Below, one piece after another: positions 49,329 through 58,362 of a DNA stretch of 64,000 nt. Made by a program: the position numbers and the translations under genes. The DNA comes from Myxococcota bacterium (GTDB taxonomy: Bacteria > Myxococcota_A > UBA9160 > UBA6930). Where the stretch lies: positions 2,464,001-2,528,000 of the forward strand of contig OZ245002.1 in the NCBI GenBank assembly GCA_965223415.1, in the 5' to 3' direction. Within the stretch, counting starts at the first letter, position 1; each line of letters starts with the position of its first letter. The notes beneath the pieces were generated by a model. That model was not told the DNA's origin, ran no database searches, and saw only the letters and a program-made list of their open reading frames with translations.

Positions 49329-50459
49329 GTGCTGGGGCGCGCCCGGGGGCTCCGGGATGCCGACGCGGACGAGCAGCCAGGCGATCTTCTCGCCGATCCG
49401 GAGAAGCGCGGGGCGTAGCTCCGTGGCCAGGTCTGGCGCCTCGCCGGGGCGGGTCGGCCCCGCCAGCACCTCTCGCTGGCGCGCCTTCGAGGCTTCGATC
49501 TGCTCCCGATAGAAGGCGGCGACGGCAGCCGGGGCCGGCGGGGCCGCGCCCGCCTCCTCCGCCGCGCGGGCGACGGCCCGCTGCCCCGCTCGGATCACCA
49601 CCGCCTCGCGCTCGGGCACCTCCACCGGCGCGCCGCTTCTGCGCTTGGCCTCGGCGACGAAGGGAATCAGCGAGAGGCGCTCTTCCAGCGCCGCTTCGAG
49701 AGCCGCCCGGGGCTCCGCGCTGGCCCACGCCTCTGCGATTCCCGCCTCCTCGCGGAATCGGGCGAGAGAGCCGTCGGCCTCGCGGGCGACGAGCCAGGCG
49801 TCGAGGTTCCGGGCCAGCTCCGGGCGGTCGGCACGGATCCAGACCGCCTTGCGATCCCGGGTGAGGGGCCCGATCGCGCGCAGGCGCACCGGGCTTGCGG
49901 TCATCCATCCCGGCGCCTCCAGGGTGTCGGTCAGCACCGCGTCGGCGCGGCCCTCCAGCAGCTCGCCCAGGACCCGTTCGTTGGCCGGGAGGGTGATCAG
50001 CTCGGCATCGGGAAAGCTCGCCCGCGCCACCCGCTCCAAGTGGCCGCCCCGGTTCACCGCGATGCGGCGTCCGGGCTCGGCCGGAGCGCGGTCGTCCTCC
50101 TCGCGCACCAGCAGCACCGCTCCGCTCTCCAGATAGGGCACGCTGAAGCGGCCGATCACCGAGCGTTCCGGTCGCACGGTGACTCCGCTCCAGACCAGGT
50201 CGAAGCGACCCGCGGCAAGATCGGCGTGGAGCTCCGGCCAGCGGAAGCGCACGAACTCCACGACCCGGCCCCGGTCGGCGGCGAAGGCGCGGGCCAGGGA
50301 CACGTCGAGGCCGGTCAGCACGCCTTCGCGGGTCGTGGTGCTGAAAGGGAGGTAGTCCCCGCTCGTGCCGACCCGGAGCACCTCGCGCTCCGGCGGCGAG
50401 GTGCAGGCGAGCGCCAGCAGCAGGGTCGCGACGATGGGGAGCGGGGCGGGGCGGCTCAC
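49152..50459 (-). CDS. Lipoprotein fusion: cyclohexadienyl dehydratase-like periplasmic-binding-protein domain plus AroQ-gamma chorismate mutase domain
   Basis: Lipobox LALAC; LRVGTSGDYLPFS and VNRGG (PheC-like); then ERLSL-x-x-x-VA-x-x-K...P-V-E-x-x-x-RE...FYREQIEASK...PDL...RPAL (AroQ-gamma). Confidence 0.8.
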   Translation of the reverse strand: MSRPAPLPIVATLLLALACTSPPEREVLRVGTSGDYLPFSTTTREGVLTGLDVSLARAFAADRGRVVEFVRFRWPELHADLAAGRFDLVWSGVTVRPERSVIGRFSVPYLESGAVLLVREEDDRAPAEPGRRIAVNRGGHLERVARASFPDAELITLPANERVLGELLEGRADAVLTDTLEAPGWMTASPVRLRAIGPLTRDRKAVWIRADRPELARNLDAWLVAREADGSLARFREEAGIAEAWASAEPRAALEAALEERLSLIPFVAEAKRRSGAPVEVPEREAVVIRAGQRAVARAAEEAGAAPPAPAAVAAFYREQIEASKARQREVLAGPTRPGEAPDLATELRPALLRIGEKIAWLLVRVGIPEPPGAPQHSAPTREGAGDEPGKHRQPQRDPVAQQGEARAEDRHLPGHQAMKRQQGPRRQERHHGRR

Positions 50460-50648
50460 GGCCGGCGTTCTCCTCGGGCCGCCGATGATCCCAGGCCGCC
50501 GGGGAATTGACCACCCGGGGGGAATCTCCTAACGTCCCGGGCTCCCGGCGTCCCGGTCTCCGCCCCGGCGATCGCCCCGGCGCCGGGTGGGCGAGGCGTG
50601 GCGGCCGCGAGCCTCCCCTGCCCTTCCTTCCACCCGGAGGTTCCCGCC

Positions 50649-51128
50649 ATGTTGTCGCTGGACGAGATCGAGGCGGGTGCCCTGTGCACCCACAAGAACA
50701 CGGGCCTCCGCTACGTGGTGGTGGCGGTGGAGGACGCCGAGGTGCTGCTCGAGGCCCAGACCGAGGGCCACGAGCCGTTGACCGTTCCCGACGACCTGTT
50801 CGTGCGGGAGTTCCACGTCGGCGAGGCGTACCGCACGCCCCGGCGCGGCCGCAGCCGTGGCCGTGGGCGGCGCAGCGGGCCGGCGACGCCGGCGGCGCCC
50901 ACCGGGCCGAAGTCCAAGGGCAAGATCAAGAAGATGGTGCGCGACCGGGGCTTCGGCTTCATCCGCGGCGACGACGGCAAGGAAGTCTTCTTCCACCGCT
51001 CCGGCATGAACGGCACGGACTACGACAACATCTCCGAAGGCGACACCGTCGAGTACGTCATCCAGGAAGGCCCCCGCGGCGCCCGCGCCGAGCACGTCCG
51101 CGCCGTCCCCCAGGACTCCGCCGCCTAG
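50649..51128 (+). CDS. Cold-shock domain protein with extra N-terminal domain
   Basis: C-terminal KGKIKK...RGFGFI...EVFFHRS...GPRG..A (RNP1/RNP2). About 60-aa N-terminal domain plus an Arg/Gly-rich linker. Confidence 0.88.
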   Translation: MLSLDEIEAGALCTHKNTGLRYVVVAVEDAEVLLEAQTEGHEPLTVPDDLFVREFHVGEAYRTPRRGRSRGRGRRSGPATPAAPTGPKSKGKIKKMVRDRGFGFIRGDDGKEVFFHRSGMNGTDYDNISEGDTVEYVIQEGPRGARAEHVRAVPQDSAA

Positions 51129-51130
51129 CC

Positions 51131-51176
51131 CCGACAACGCAACAACTTAACAAACGGAACTGGCCCCCAACTTAAC
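51131..51176 (+). repeat. Family B REP-like element
   Basis: ACAACGCAACAACTTAACAAACGGAAC (51134-51160) is identical to 53740-53766; between convergent genes. Confidence 0.88.
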
Positions 51177-52800
51177 TCGGGTAGCGGTGGACGATGGGGA
51201 GGCGGCGGCCGCTGCCGAAGGCCTTGGGGCTGACGCGAAGGACGAGCGGGGACTGGCGGCGCTTGTACTCGTTGCGGTCGAGGCGGCGGACGATGCCGGC
51301 GGCGTCTTCGCGGGTGGCGCCCGGCGGCGGGGTGATGGCGGCGGCGCCCAGGCCCCCTTCGATGGCCTGCTCGAGGACGGCGTCGAGGACGTCGTAGGGC
51401 GGCAGGTCGTCGCTGTCGAGCTGGTCCGGCGCCAGCTCGGCCGAGGGCGGCTTGTCGATCGTGTTCTGCGGGATCCGCTCGCCGTTCTTGTTGGCGTGGC
51501 GGGCGATGGCGTAGACGTCGCGCTTGTAGACGTCGCCCAGCACGGCGAGGCCACCGACCGTGTCGCCGTAGAGCGTGCAGTAGCCGACCGAGAGCTCGCT
51601 CTTGTTGCCGGTGGCGAGGACGAGCCGGTTCTCGGCGTTGGAGACCGCCATCAGGATCGCGCCGCGGATGCGCGACTGGATGTTCTGCTGGGCGAGTCCG
51701 TAATCGTCCTTCGCGCCGAACAGCTCGGCGAAGATCGCGCGGTAGGCCTCGTAGACCCGGCCGATCTCCACCTCGCGCACCTCGATGCCCAGGTGCCCGC
51801 CCAGCCCGAGGGCGTCGTCGACGCTGTGCTCCGAGGAGAAGGGGCCGGGCATGGCGACGCCCAGCACCTGATCCGCGCCCAGCGCCTCCACGGCCAGGTG
51901 CGCCGTCACCGCCGAGTCGATACCGCCGGACAGCCCGATCACGGCCGCGTGGGGCAGGCCCTGTTTGCGGAAGTAGTCGTGGATGCCCAGCACCAGGCCG
52001 CGCTCGAGCTGGCTCACCCGGTCGAGGTCCGGAACGTCGTCCGGGAGGCGCCCGGGCTCGCTGCCAGGCAGCTCGACCACCTCGAAGGCCTCCTCGAAGA
52101 GAGGGAGCTGAGCGAGGACGCGGCCCTCCTCGTCCACCACGAAGGAGCCGCCGTCGAAGATCAGCTCGTCGTTGCCGCCGACCTGGTTGGCAAAGACGAT
52201 CGGCACGCGGTGGCGGGCCGCGAGCTCGCCGAACATCCGGCGGCGCTCGGCCGGCTTGCCCGCGTGCCACGGGGAGGCCGAGAGGTTCAGCACCACCTCC
52301 GCGCCGGCGGCCGCCAGCTCGCCGACCGGGTCGCGGCCGTAGCCGATCTCGAAGGACCAGGCGTCTTCGCAGACCGTGAGGCCCAGGGTGCCGATGGGAG
52401 TGCGCTCGGTGGCGTCGACGAAGTAGCGGTTCTCGTCGAAGACGTCGTAGGTTGGGAGCAGGGTCTTGGCCTGGACGGCGACGCGCTCGCCGTCGCGGAG
52501 CAGCACCGCGGCGTTGACCAGGCGCTTGGCGCGCTGGGGCTCGGCCCGGAGCACGGCGCCGACGGCGAGCTCGATCCCCTTCGAGCAGGGCGCGAGTGCT
52601 TCGAGCTCCCGGAGCTGGTCGCTCACGAAGCCCTCGCGCTCGAGCAGGTCCATCGGCGGGTAGCCGGTGAGGCAGAGCTCCGGCAGGACGCACAGGTCGG
52701 CGCCCGCTCGCTTCGCACGCTCGGCCGCCTCTTCCACGCGGCGGCGGTTGCCGGGGAGATCGCCCACGGTGGGGTTGATCTGCGCGATCGCGATCTTCAC
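51172..52800 (-). CDS. nadE: Glutamine-dependent NAD+ synthetase
   Basis: Nitrilase domain (PELCLTGYPP, KTLLPTYDVFDE, CED), SGGIDS, NIQSRIRG, TGNKSE, PPSAEL, NEYKRRQ. Confidence 0.97.
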   Translation of the reverse strand: MKIAIAQINPTVGDLPGNRRRVEEAAERAKRAGADLCVLPELCLTGYPPMDLLEREGFVSDQLRELEALAPCSKGIELAVGAVLRAEPQRAKRLVNAAVLLRDGERVAVQAKTLLPTYDVFDENRYFVDATERTPIGTLGLTVCEDAWSFEIGYGRDPVGELAAAGAEVVLNLSASPWHAGKPAERRRMFGELAARHRVPIVFANQVGGNDELIFDGGSFVVDEEGRVLAQLPLFEEAFEVVELPGSEPGRLPDDVPDLDRVSQLERGLVLGIHDYFRKQGLPHAAVIGLSGGIDSAVTAHLAVEALGADQVLGVAMPGPFSSEHSVDDALGLGGHLGIEVREVEIGRVYEAYRAIFAELFGAKDDYGLAQQNIQSRIRGAILMAVSNAENRLVLATGNKSELSVGYCTLYGDTVGGLAVLGDVYKRDVYAIARHANKNGERIPQNTIDKPPSAELAPDQLDSDDLPPYDVLDAVLEQAIEGGLGAAAITPPPGATREDAAGIVRRLDRNEYKRRQSPLVLRVSPKAFGSGRRLPIVHRYPS

Positions 52801-52866
52801 GCTCGGTTGCCCACGGCCGGAGGATCGGCGCCGGCCGGAAGGGCGTCAAGCTCGCGCTAGGCTCGC

Positions 52867-53781
52867 GTGATGCCCGAGATCGTCGGACCGAGCTCCCACT
52901 TCTACGTCTCCCAGCGTCTGCGGCTCCACTACGTGGATTGGGGCAACGAGAGCGCGCCGCCGCTCCTGCTGATCCACGGAGGCAAGGACCACGCGCGCAG
53001 CTGGGACCCGATCGCCCGGGAGCTGCGGCGGGACTGGCACGTGATCGCCCCGGACCTCCGCGGCCACGGCGACAGTGCCTGGGCCATCGGGGGCAGCTAC
53101 GGCCTGCCGGACTTCGTGCTCGATATCGCCCAGTTGGTGGAGGCTCTCGAGCTCGCGCCACTCACGATCGTCGCGCACTCGCTGGGCGGCGCGGTGGCGC
53201 TCCACTACGCCGGCATCTACCCCGAGAAGGTGGCGCGGCTCGTCGCGATCGAAGGTCTCGGGCCGGCGCCGGAGCTCGCGAAGCGCATGGCCGAGACGCC
53301 GGTGCACGAGCGCTTCCGCAGCTGGATCGGCTCGATGCAGGAGCTCGCCGCCCGGCATCCGCGCCGCTACCCGTCGATTGACGACGCCGCGAAGCGCATG
53401 CAGGAGGTGAACTCCTTCCTACCGCCGGACCTCGCGCGCCACCTCACCCTGCACGGCGTGGCTCGCAACGAGGACCACTCCTTCAGCTGGAAGTTCGACA
53501 ACTACGTCCGGGCGTTCTCGCCGGTACGCCTGCGGGGCGACGACGTGCGAGCCCTCTGGGCCCGCATCACCTGCCCCGTCCTCCTCGTCCGCGGCAGCGA
53601 GAGCTGGGCCAGCGATCCCGAGCGCGATGGCCGCATCGCCCACTTCCAGAACGCCCGCCTCGAGAACGTCGAGCGGGCCGGCCACTGGGTCCACCACGAC
53701 CAGCCCGAAGCCTTCCTCGCCGCCCTCCGCCCCTTCCTCACAACGCAACAACTTAACAAACGGAACCGGTCCCTATCTTAA
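52867..53781 (+). CDS. Alpha/beta hydrolase
   Basis: LRLHYVDWG, HGGKDH, DLRGHGDS, AHSLGG, AGHWVHHD. C-terminus reads through the repeat. Confidence 0.93.
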   Translation: MMPEIVGPSSHFYVSQRLRLHYVDWGNESAPPLLLIHGGKDHARSWDPIARELRRDWHVIAPDLRGHGDSAWAIGGSYGLPDFVLDIAQLVEALELAPLTIVAHSLGGAVALHYAGIYPEKVARLVAIEGLGPAPELAKRMAETPVHERFRSWIGSMQELAARHPRRYPSIDDAAKRMQEVNSFLPPDLARHLTLHGVARNEDHSFSWKFDNYVRAFSPVRLRGDDVRALWARITCPVLLVRGSESWASDPERDGRIAHFQNARLENVERAGHWVHHDQPEAFLAALRPFLTTQQLNKRNRSLS

Positions 53782-53785
53782 CAAC
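53740..53785 (+). repeat. Family B REP-like element
   Basis: ACAACGCAACAACTTAACAAACGGAACCGGTCCCTATCTTAAC. Confidence 0.88.
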
Positions 53786-53803
53786 TCGCCAGAGTCACCG
53801 AAC

Positions 53804-54265
53804 TCAGGGGTAGTACACCAGGAGGGCGTCGCCGAAGGCGGCGGGGCGGGATTCGCCTTCGATCTCGAAGCGCATGGTGAGGGTGGCGCGGAGGGCGCCG
53901 CGGGGGAGGTCGCGGAGGGCCTTCAGGGTGGCGCGCATGCGGAGGCGCGCGCCGGAGGGGACGGGAGTGCGGAAGCGCATCTTCTCGATACCCGGGTTGA
54001 CGAGCATGCGCGCACCCTTCACCTCGATGATCTGGCCGAGAAGGAACGGCGCGAGAGAGGCGGTCAGGTGGCCGTGCGCGATGGTCGTGCCGAAGGGCCC
54101 TTCCTTGGCGCGCTCGGGATCGGTGTGGATCCACTGCTTGTCGCCGGTCGCTTCGGCGAACAGGTCGATCCGCTCCTGGCTGATCGTGAGCCAATCGGAG
54201 ACGCCCAGCTCCGTTCCCACGAGGGCCTTGAGGGACGGGATGTCGGGGACGACGCGCTTTGCCAT
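53804..54265 (-). CDS. MaoC family dehydratase
   Basis: SDWLTISQERIDLFAEATGD-x-QWIH, PFGTTIAHG. Confidence 0.92.
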   Translation of the reverse strand: MAKRVVPDIPSLKALVGTELGVSDWLTISQERIDLFAEATGDKQWIHTDPERAKEGPFGTTIAHGHLTASLAPFLLGQIIEVKGARMLVNPGIEKMRFRTPVPSGARLRMRATLKALRDLPRGALRATLTMRFEIEGESRPAAFGDALLVYYP

Positions 54266-54320
54266 GGGGGACGGCGCAGGATAGCAGGCACCCGGCAGGG
54301 GACGGCTATGCTCCGGCGCC

Positions 54321-55133
54321 GTGGAAACGCGAATGCGAGTGGGGCTGCGATTCGATCCCCGCCTCACCGACGGCGCCGGCGAACGCCTGTCCGCCCTGGT
54401 CGACGCCGCGCCGCTGGCGGAGGCCCATGGCTTCGACGTGCTGTGGATCGCCGAGCGGCCCACCTCCGAGGCGTCCCTCGTGCCCTCGGCTCTCGTGCTG
54501 TGCGCCGCCGTTGCCGTCCGCACCCGGCGTCTGCGCATCTCGAGCGGCCTGCTCCCCCTGCCCTTCTATCACCCGCTGCGCGTGGCGGAGGACGCCGCCT
54601 CCCTCGACGGGCTTTCGCAGGGACGGTTCGAGCTGGGCGTGGGTCTGGGAAGCGATCCCGCGGCCCTGGCGCACTTCGGCGTCGAGGCCGACGAGCGCAT
54701 CGCGCGCTTCGAGGAAGCCCTGGACCTGATCGAGAGCGCCTGGGTGCGCGAAGCCCTCGACTTCGAAGGGCGCTACTTCCCCACCGAGAACGTCGCGCTG
54801 CACCCCCGTCCCGTGCAGCCGGGCGGGCCTCCCCTCTGGATCGGCGTGGAGGCGCCCGCCGCCCAGCGGCGCGCCGCCGAGCGGGGGCGCGGCCTCCTGG
54901 TCCGGGCCGGCGTGTCGGTGGAGCCGTACCTGGAGGCGTTCGCCGGCGCCGGTTCGCCCCGGGTGGCCTTCCTGCTGGCCGAAGGCGCCGCCGAGGCCGA
55001 GCTGCCCTCGGAAGGAGTGGCCTCCGACTGGGTGCTTCCCCTCCCTTCCGATCTCGCCCCCGACGCGATCGGCCCCGAGATCCGACGTCTCGCCGACCGC
55101 GCCAAGTCGCTCCGGGACGGAACTCGGGGCTGA
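54321..55133 (+). CDS. LLM-class flavin-dependent oxidoreductase-like protein (short, divergent)
   Basis: AEAHGFD-x-x-W-x-x-E, HPLRVAED, LS-x-GRFELGVG, PRPVQ-x-x-x-PPLWIG. Confidence 0.82.
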   Translation: METRMRVGLRFDPRLTDGAGERLSALVDAAPLAEAHGFDVLWIAERPTSEASLVPSALVLCAAVAVRTRRLRISSGLLPLPFYHPLRVAEDAASLDGLSQGRFELGVGLGSDPAALAHFGVEADERIARFEEALDLIESAWVREALDFEGRYFPTENVALHPRPVQPGGPPLWIGVEAPAAQRRAAERGRGLLVRAGVSVEPYLEAFAGAGSPRVAFLLAEGAAEAELPSEGVASDWVLPLPSDLAPDAIGPEIRRLADRAKSLRDGTRG

Positions 55134-55169
55134 CCCTTCCCGTATACTCGCCGGACGAAGGGGAGGACC

Positions 55170-56729
55170 ATGCGGCCGCGCACCGCGCTTCTCGCATCGC
55201 TCGGGATCGCCGTCGTCGTCGGGTTCGGCTGGTCCGGCGCGGCGCTCTACAAGACCGTCATCGATCTGGTCTCCGCAGCCTTCCCCGCAGGCAGCGTCAT
55301 CCAGGCCGCCGCCGACGCCCTGGGCATCCCCTACCCCCGACCGATCGCCGGCCCGTTCTGGACCTTCTCGGGGCTGATCGTGGTGGCGCTGGCGAGCTTC
55401 TGGCTGATGCGCCGCGCCGTCCGCCGGCAGCAGGCCGAGACGGATCCCCATCGCCGCGGCTTCCTCACCGGGACGCTCGCCGGTGGCGCGACCGCCCTGG
55501 CGGCCACCGGCGTGGCGGGAGGCCTCGCCGTCGCCCGGGCCCTCGGCGGCCTCGGCAACGGGGGACGCGGCTGGGCCCCGACCTTCACCCAGGTGTGGGG
55601 CGGCGACGTGGAGAAGACCCACGAGCGCTGGGCCGAGGAGTGGAAGGGGAGCCGCGTTCGCGAGTACCGGCGGCTCGGCCGCACCGGCTTCCAGATCTCG
55701 GACATCGTCGTGGGCGGCGGCCGCGTGAAGGGCGAGAAGGGCAGCGAGATCGTGCGCATGGCCCTGGACCGCGGGGTGAACTACGTCGACACCTCGCCGG
55801 ACTACTCCGCCACCGGGAGCGAGAACGCGATCGCCGCGGCGCTGAAGGGCCGCCGCGACAAGGTGTTCGTCGCCACCAAGTTCTGCACCGCCCGCGGTCA
55901 CCTCGGTCCGAAGGCCGGCGTCGCCGAGCACAAGCAGGTGGTGGAGGACAGCCTGCGCCGCCTCCAGACCGACTACGTCGACCTCGTCCACCAGCACAGC
56001 TGCGACGAGGTCGCTCGGATCGAGTCCGAGACCATGCACGAGGCCTTCGACCGTCTGAAGCAGGAAGGGAAGGTCCGCTTCCTGGGCTTCTCCTCCCACA
56101 CGCCGAACCTGGTGCAGGTGGCCGACGCAGCCATCGCGAACGGCCGCTACGACGTGATGATGCTCGCCTATCATCACGGCATCTGGCCCGAGATGGCCGA
56201 CGTGGTGCGCCGCGCCCGCGAGGCCGACGTCGGCGTGGTCGCCATGAAGACGCTGAAGGGCGCGAAGCACGACGGCCTTGCCGGCTTCCAGGAGCGCTCG
56301 GGCGCCTACAGCCAGGCGGCGCTCCGCTGGGTGCTCTCGAACACGGACGTGTCCGCCGCGATCATCTCCTTCTTCGAGTTCCAGCACGTCGACGAGTACC
56401 TTTTCGCCTCGGGGGGGCGCGCCGACGCGCGGGATCTCACGCTGCTGCGGGAGTACGACCGCCAGGTCGCCGGCCGCTACTGCGCCCCCCACTGCGGCGC
56501 CTGCCTCTCGAACTGCCCCGAAGGTGTTCCGATCCACGACGTGCTCCGGCACCGCATGTACTTCGAGGACTACGGCAACGAGAAGGAGGCCCTGCGCCTC
56601 TACGCGGGCCTCGGAACGAATGCCGAGGCCTGCGCATCGTGCAGCGGCCCCTGTGTTGGCTCGTGCCCGCTGGGCATCGACATCCCCGAGCGCATGCGTG
56701 GGAGCCACGAGCTCCTCACCCTGACCTGA
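55170..56729 (+). CDS. Aldo/keto reductase with C-terminal 4Fe-4S domain and N-terminal membrane/Tat-like extension
   Basis: YRRLGRTG, GVNYVDTSPDY, VATK, SLRRLQTDYVD, GKVRFLGFSSH; CAPHCGAC...CP and CASCSGPC...CP clusters. Confidence 0.9.
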   Translation: MRPRTALLASLGIAVVVGFGWSGAALYKTVIDLVSAAFPAGSVIQAAADALGIPYPRPIAGPFWTFSGLIVVALASFWLMRRAVRRQQAETDPHRRGFLTGTLAGGATALAATGVAGGLAVARALGGLGNGGRGWAPTFTQVWGGDVEKTHERWAEEWKGSRVREYRRLGRTGFQISDIVVGGGRVKGEKGSEIVRMALDRGVNYVDTSPDYSATGSENAIAAALKGRRDKVFVATKFCTARGHLGPKAGVAEHKQVVEDSLRRLQTDYVDLVHQHSCDEVARIESETMHEAFDRLKQEGKVRFLGFSSHTPNLVQVADAAIANGRYDVMMLAYHHGIWPEMADVVRRAREADVGVVAMKTLKGAKHDGLAGFQERSGAYSQAALRWVLSNTDVSAAIISFFEFQHVDEYLFASGGRADARDLTLLREYDRQVAGRYCAPHCGACLSNCPEGVPIHDVLRHRMYFEDYGNEKEALRLYAGLGTNAEACASCSGPCVGSCPLGIDIPERMRGSHELLTLT

Positions 56730-56746
56730 TCCCGCGGAGGTCCCCG

Positions 56747-58267
56747 ATGCGACGACCGATCGTCTTCTGTCTCCTGCTGGCCGCGAGCTTCGCCGTGGCC
56801 GCCCTCGCCGACGAGGCCGGGGAGCCCGCCGAGCCCGCAGCGAGCGCCGAGGCGCCCGCGGAGGCCTGGCCGTTGCCGGAGCCCGGCGCCTGCCAGCCCA
56901 AGGGCGGGCTGCTCGCCGGACCGCGCGCCACTCCGGAGGACGCGCCCCCGGCGCTGCCTTTCGAGCCCGGCGACGTCTTCGAGCTCGAGCGCCTGGACAC
57001 GTTGAAGAACTTCCTTCCGGAGTTCGTGTGGCCCCACCGCGAGCGCTTCTTCTTCGACGGCATGCGGCTCGAGATCGGTCCCTGCTTCCGGGACTACGGC
57101 CCGCCCGCCTTCTACGACGAGGCCACCGAGAAGTTCCGCGGCCAGGCGAAGCTCACCGCCAACGGCGGGCTCGAGGGCTACACCGCCGGCCAGCCCTTCG
57201 CGCCCGTGGACATCGCCGAAGGCGACGCCCGAGCCGGCGACAAATGGCTCTGGAACACCGAGTTCCGCTACCAGGCGGCGGGCTTCCGGGGGAAGTTCCG
57301 GATGACCGACCTGGTGGGCCGCATCGGACGCGCCGAGCCCTTCGAGGGGGAGATGTTCAAGCTGCAGATGGCGCACCGGGCGGATCGACCGGGTGACGAC
57401 TACACCGCGCCGGGTGCCCGCTCGAAGCACTTCGTGGCCGGCGGGATCTTCTTCAAGCCCTTCGACGCACGCGAGCACTCCTGGCGGCAGTTCCGGGACC
57501 TCGAGCACCAGGTCGTGGTCGAGCGCTCCGACGACCTGCACGCCTACCTGCCGCAGTGGCGGCGGGTGCGGCGCCTGAACGCCAGCCAGGTCGAGGGGCT
57601 CTACATGCCTTCCTTCTCGGTCGGCGTCGTGCAGAACCAGCAGCTGGCGGTCGGCACGGGCACCGGTGGCGGCGGAGGAGTGGGCGCGGCCGGCGGAGTG
57701 ACCGGCGTGGGCGGCACGATCCAGAACAAGCGCAGCGGCTACGAGGGGCTGGTGTTCCGCCCGCTCCTCTACACGACCCGCGTGATCGGCCTGCACGACG
57801 TGCTCGCGCCGATCAACAGCGTCTCGCCCGGCTACCCGGAGAACGAGGATCGGGACTACGGTCCTTGGGGCCTCTCCTTCGCCAGCGATCGCTGGGACCT
57901 GCGTCGCGCCCTGGTCCTCGAGATGAAGGCCAAGGACCCCGGCGGCGACCTCAACGCGCGGCAGGTGGTGTACGTGGATCTCGAGACCCTGCAGCCCCTC
58001 TACATGGCGACCTTCGACGGGAAGGACGAGATGACCAACGTCGGTCTCTACGTCGGGCGCTGGAGCGAGGACCGGGAGGGCTACCCGCGCTGGCCCGACG
58101 ACGAGAGCCGCCCGGTGCGGGTGATCGACTCGGTGGGCGCTGCCTTCGCGAACCTCTCGGAGTCCGGGAGCTGGCGGCGGGAATCCTGGGAGAACGTGGC
58201 GACGCCGCCGGACGACCGGACCGTGAAGCGCATGGCCTCGGTGAGCCAGCTGACCAAGCGCCGCTGA
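56747..58267 (+). CDS. Exported DUF1329-like protein
   Basis: Signal peptide, GYTAGQPF, G-x-K-x-x-WN, DDLHAYLPQWRRVRRL. Confidence 0.72.
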   Translation: MRRPIVFCLLLAASFAVAALADEAGEPAEPAASAEAPAEAWPLPEPGACQPKGGLLAGPRATPEDAPPALPFEPGDVFELERLDTLKNFLPEFVWPHRERFFFDGMRLEIGPCFRDYGPPAFYDEATEKFRGQAKLTANGGLEGYTAGQPFAPVDIAEGDARAGDKWLWNTEFRYQAAGFRGKFRMTDLVGRIGRAEPFEGEMFKLQMAHRADRPGDDYTAPGARSKHFVAGGIFFKPFDAREHSWRQFRDLEHQVVVERSDDLHAYLPQWRRVRRLNASQVEGLYMPSFSVGVVQNQQLAVGTGTGGGGGVGAAGGVTGVGGTIQNKRSGYEGLVFRPLLYTTRVIGLHDVLAPINSVSPGYPENEDRDYGPWGLSFASDRWDLRRALVLEMKAKDPGGDLNARQVVYVDLETLQPLYMATFDGKDEMTNVGLYVGRWSEDREGYPRWPDDESRPVRVIDSVGAAFANLSESGSWRRESWENVATPPDDRTVKRMASVSQLTKRR

Positions 58268-58362
58268 GCACCGATCGATCGATTCCCCTGGGGGAATGAT
58301 CCCTCGAGCAGGTGGGGGGAAACTACTTCAGTGATCCGCGCCACAGGGCGATACGTCCAGGC

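Noticed and set aside
53627..58267. 1546-aa giant ORF
   Set aside because: Only the last 506 aa (from 56747) look like protein. The rest is an Arg/Pro/Gly-rich off-frame read of real genes, typical of high-GC DNA.
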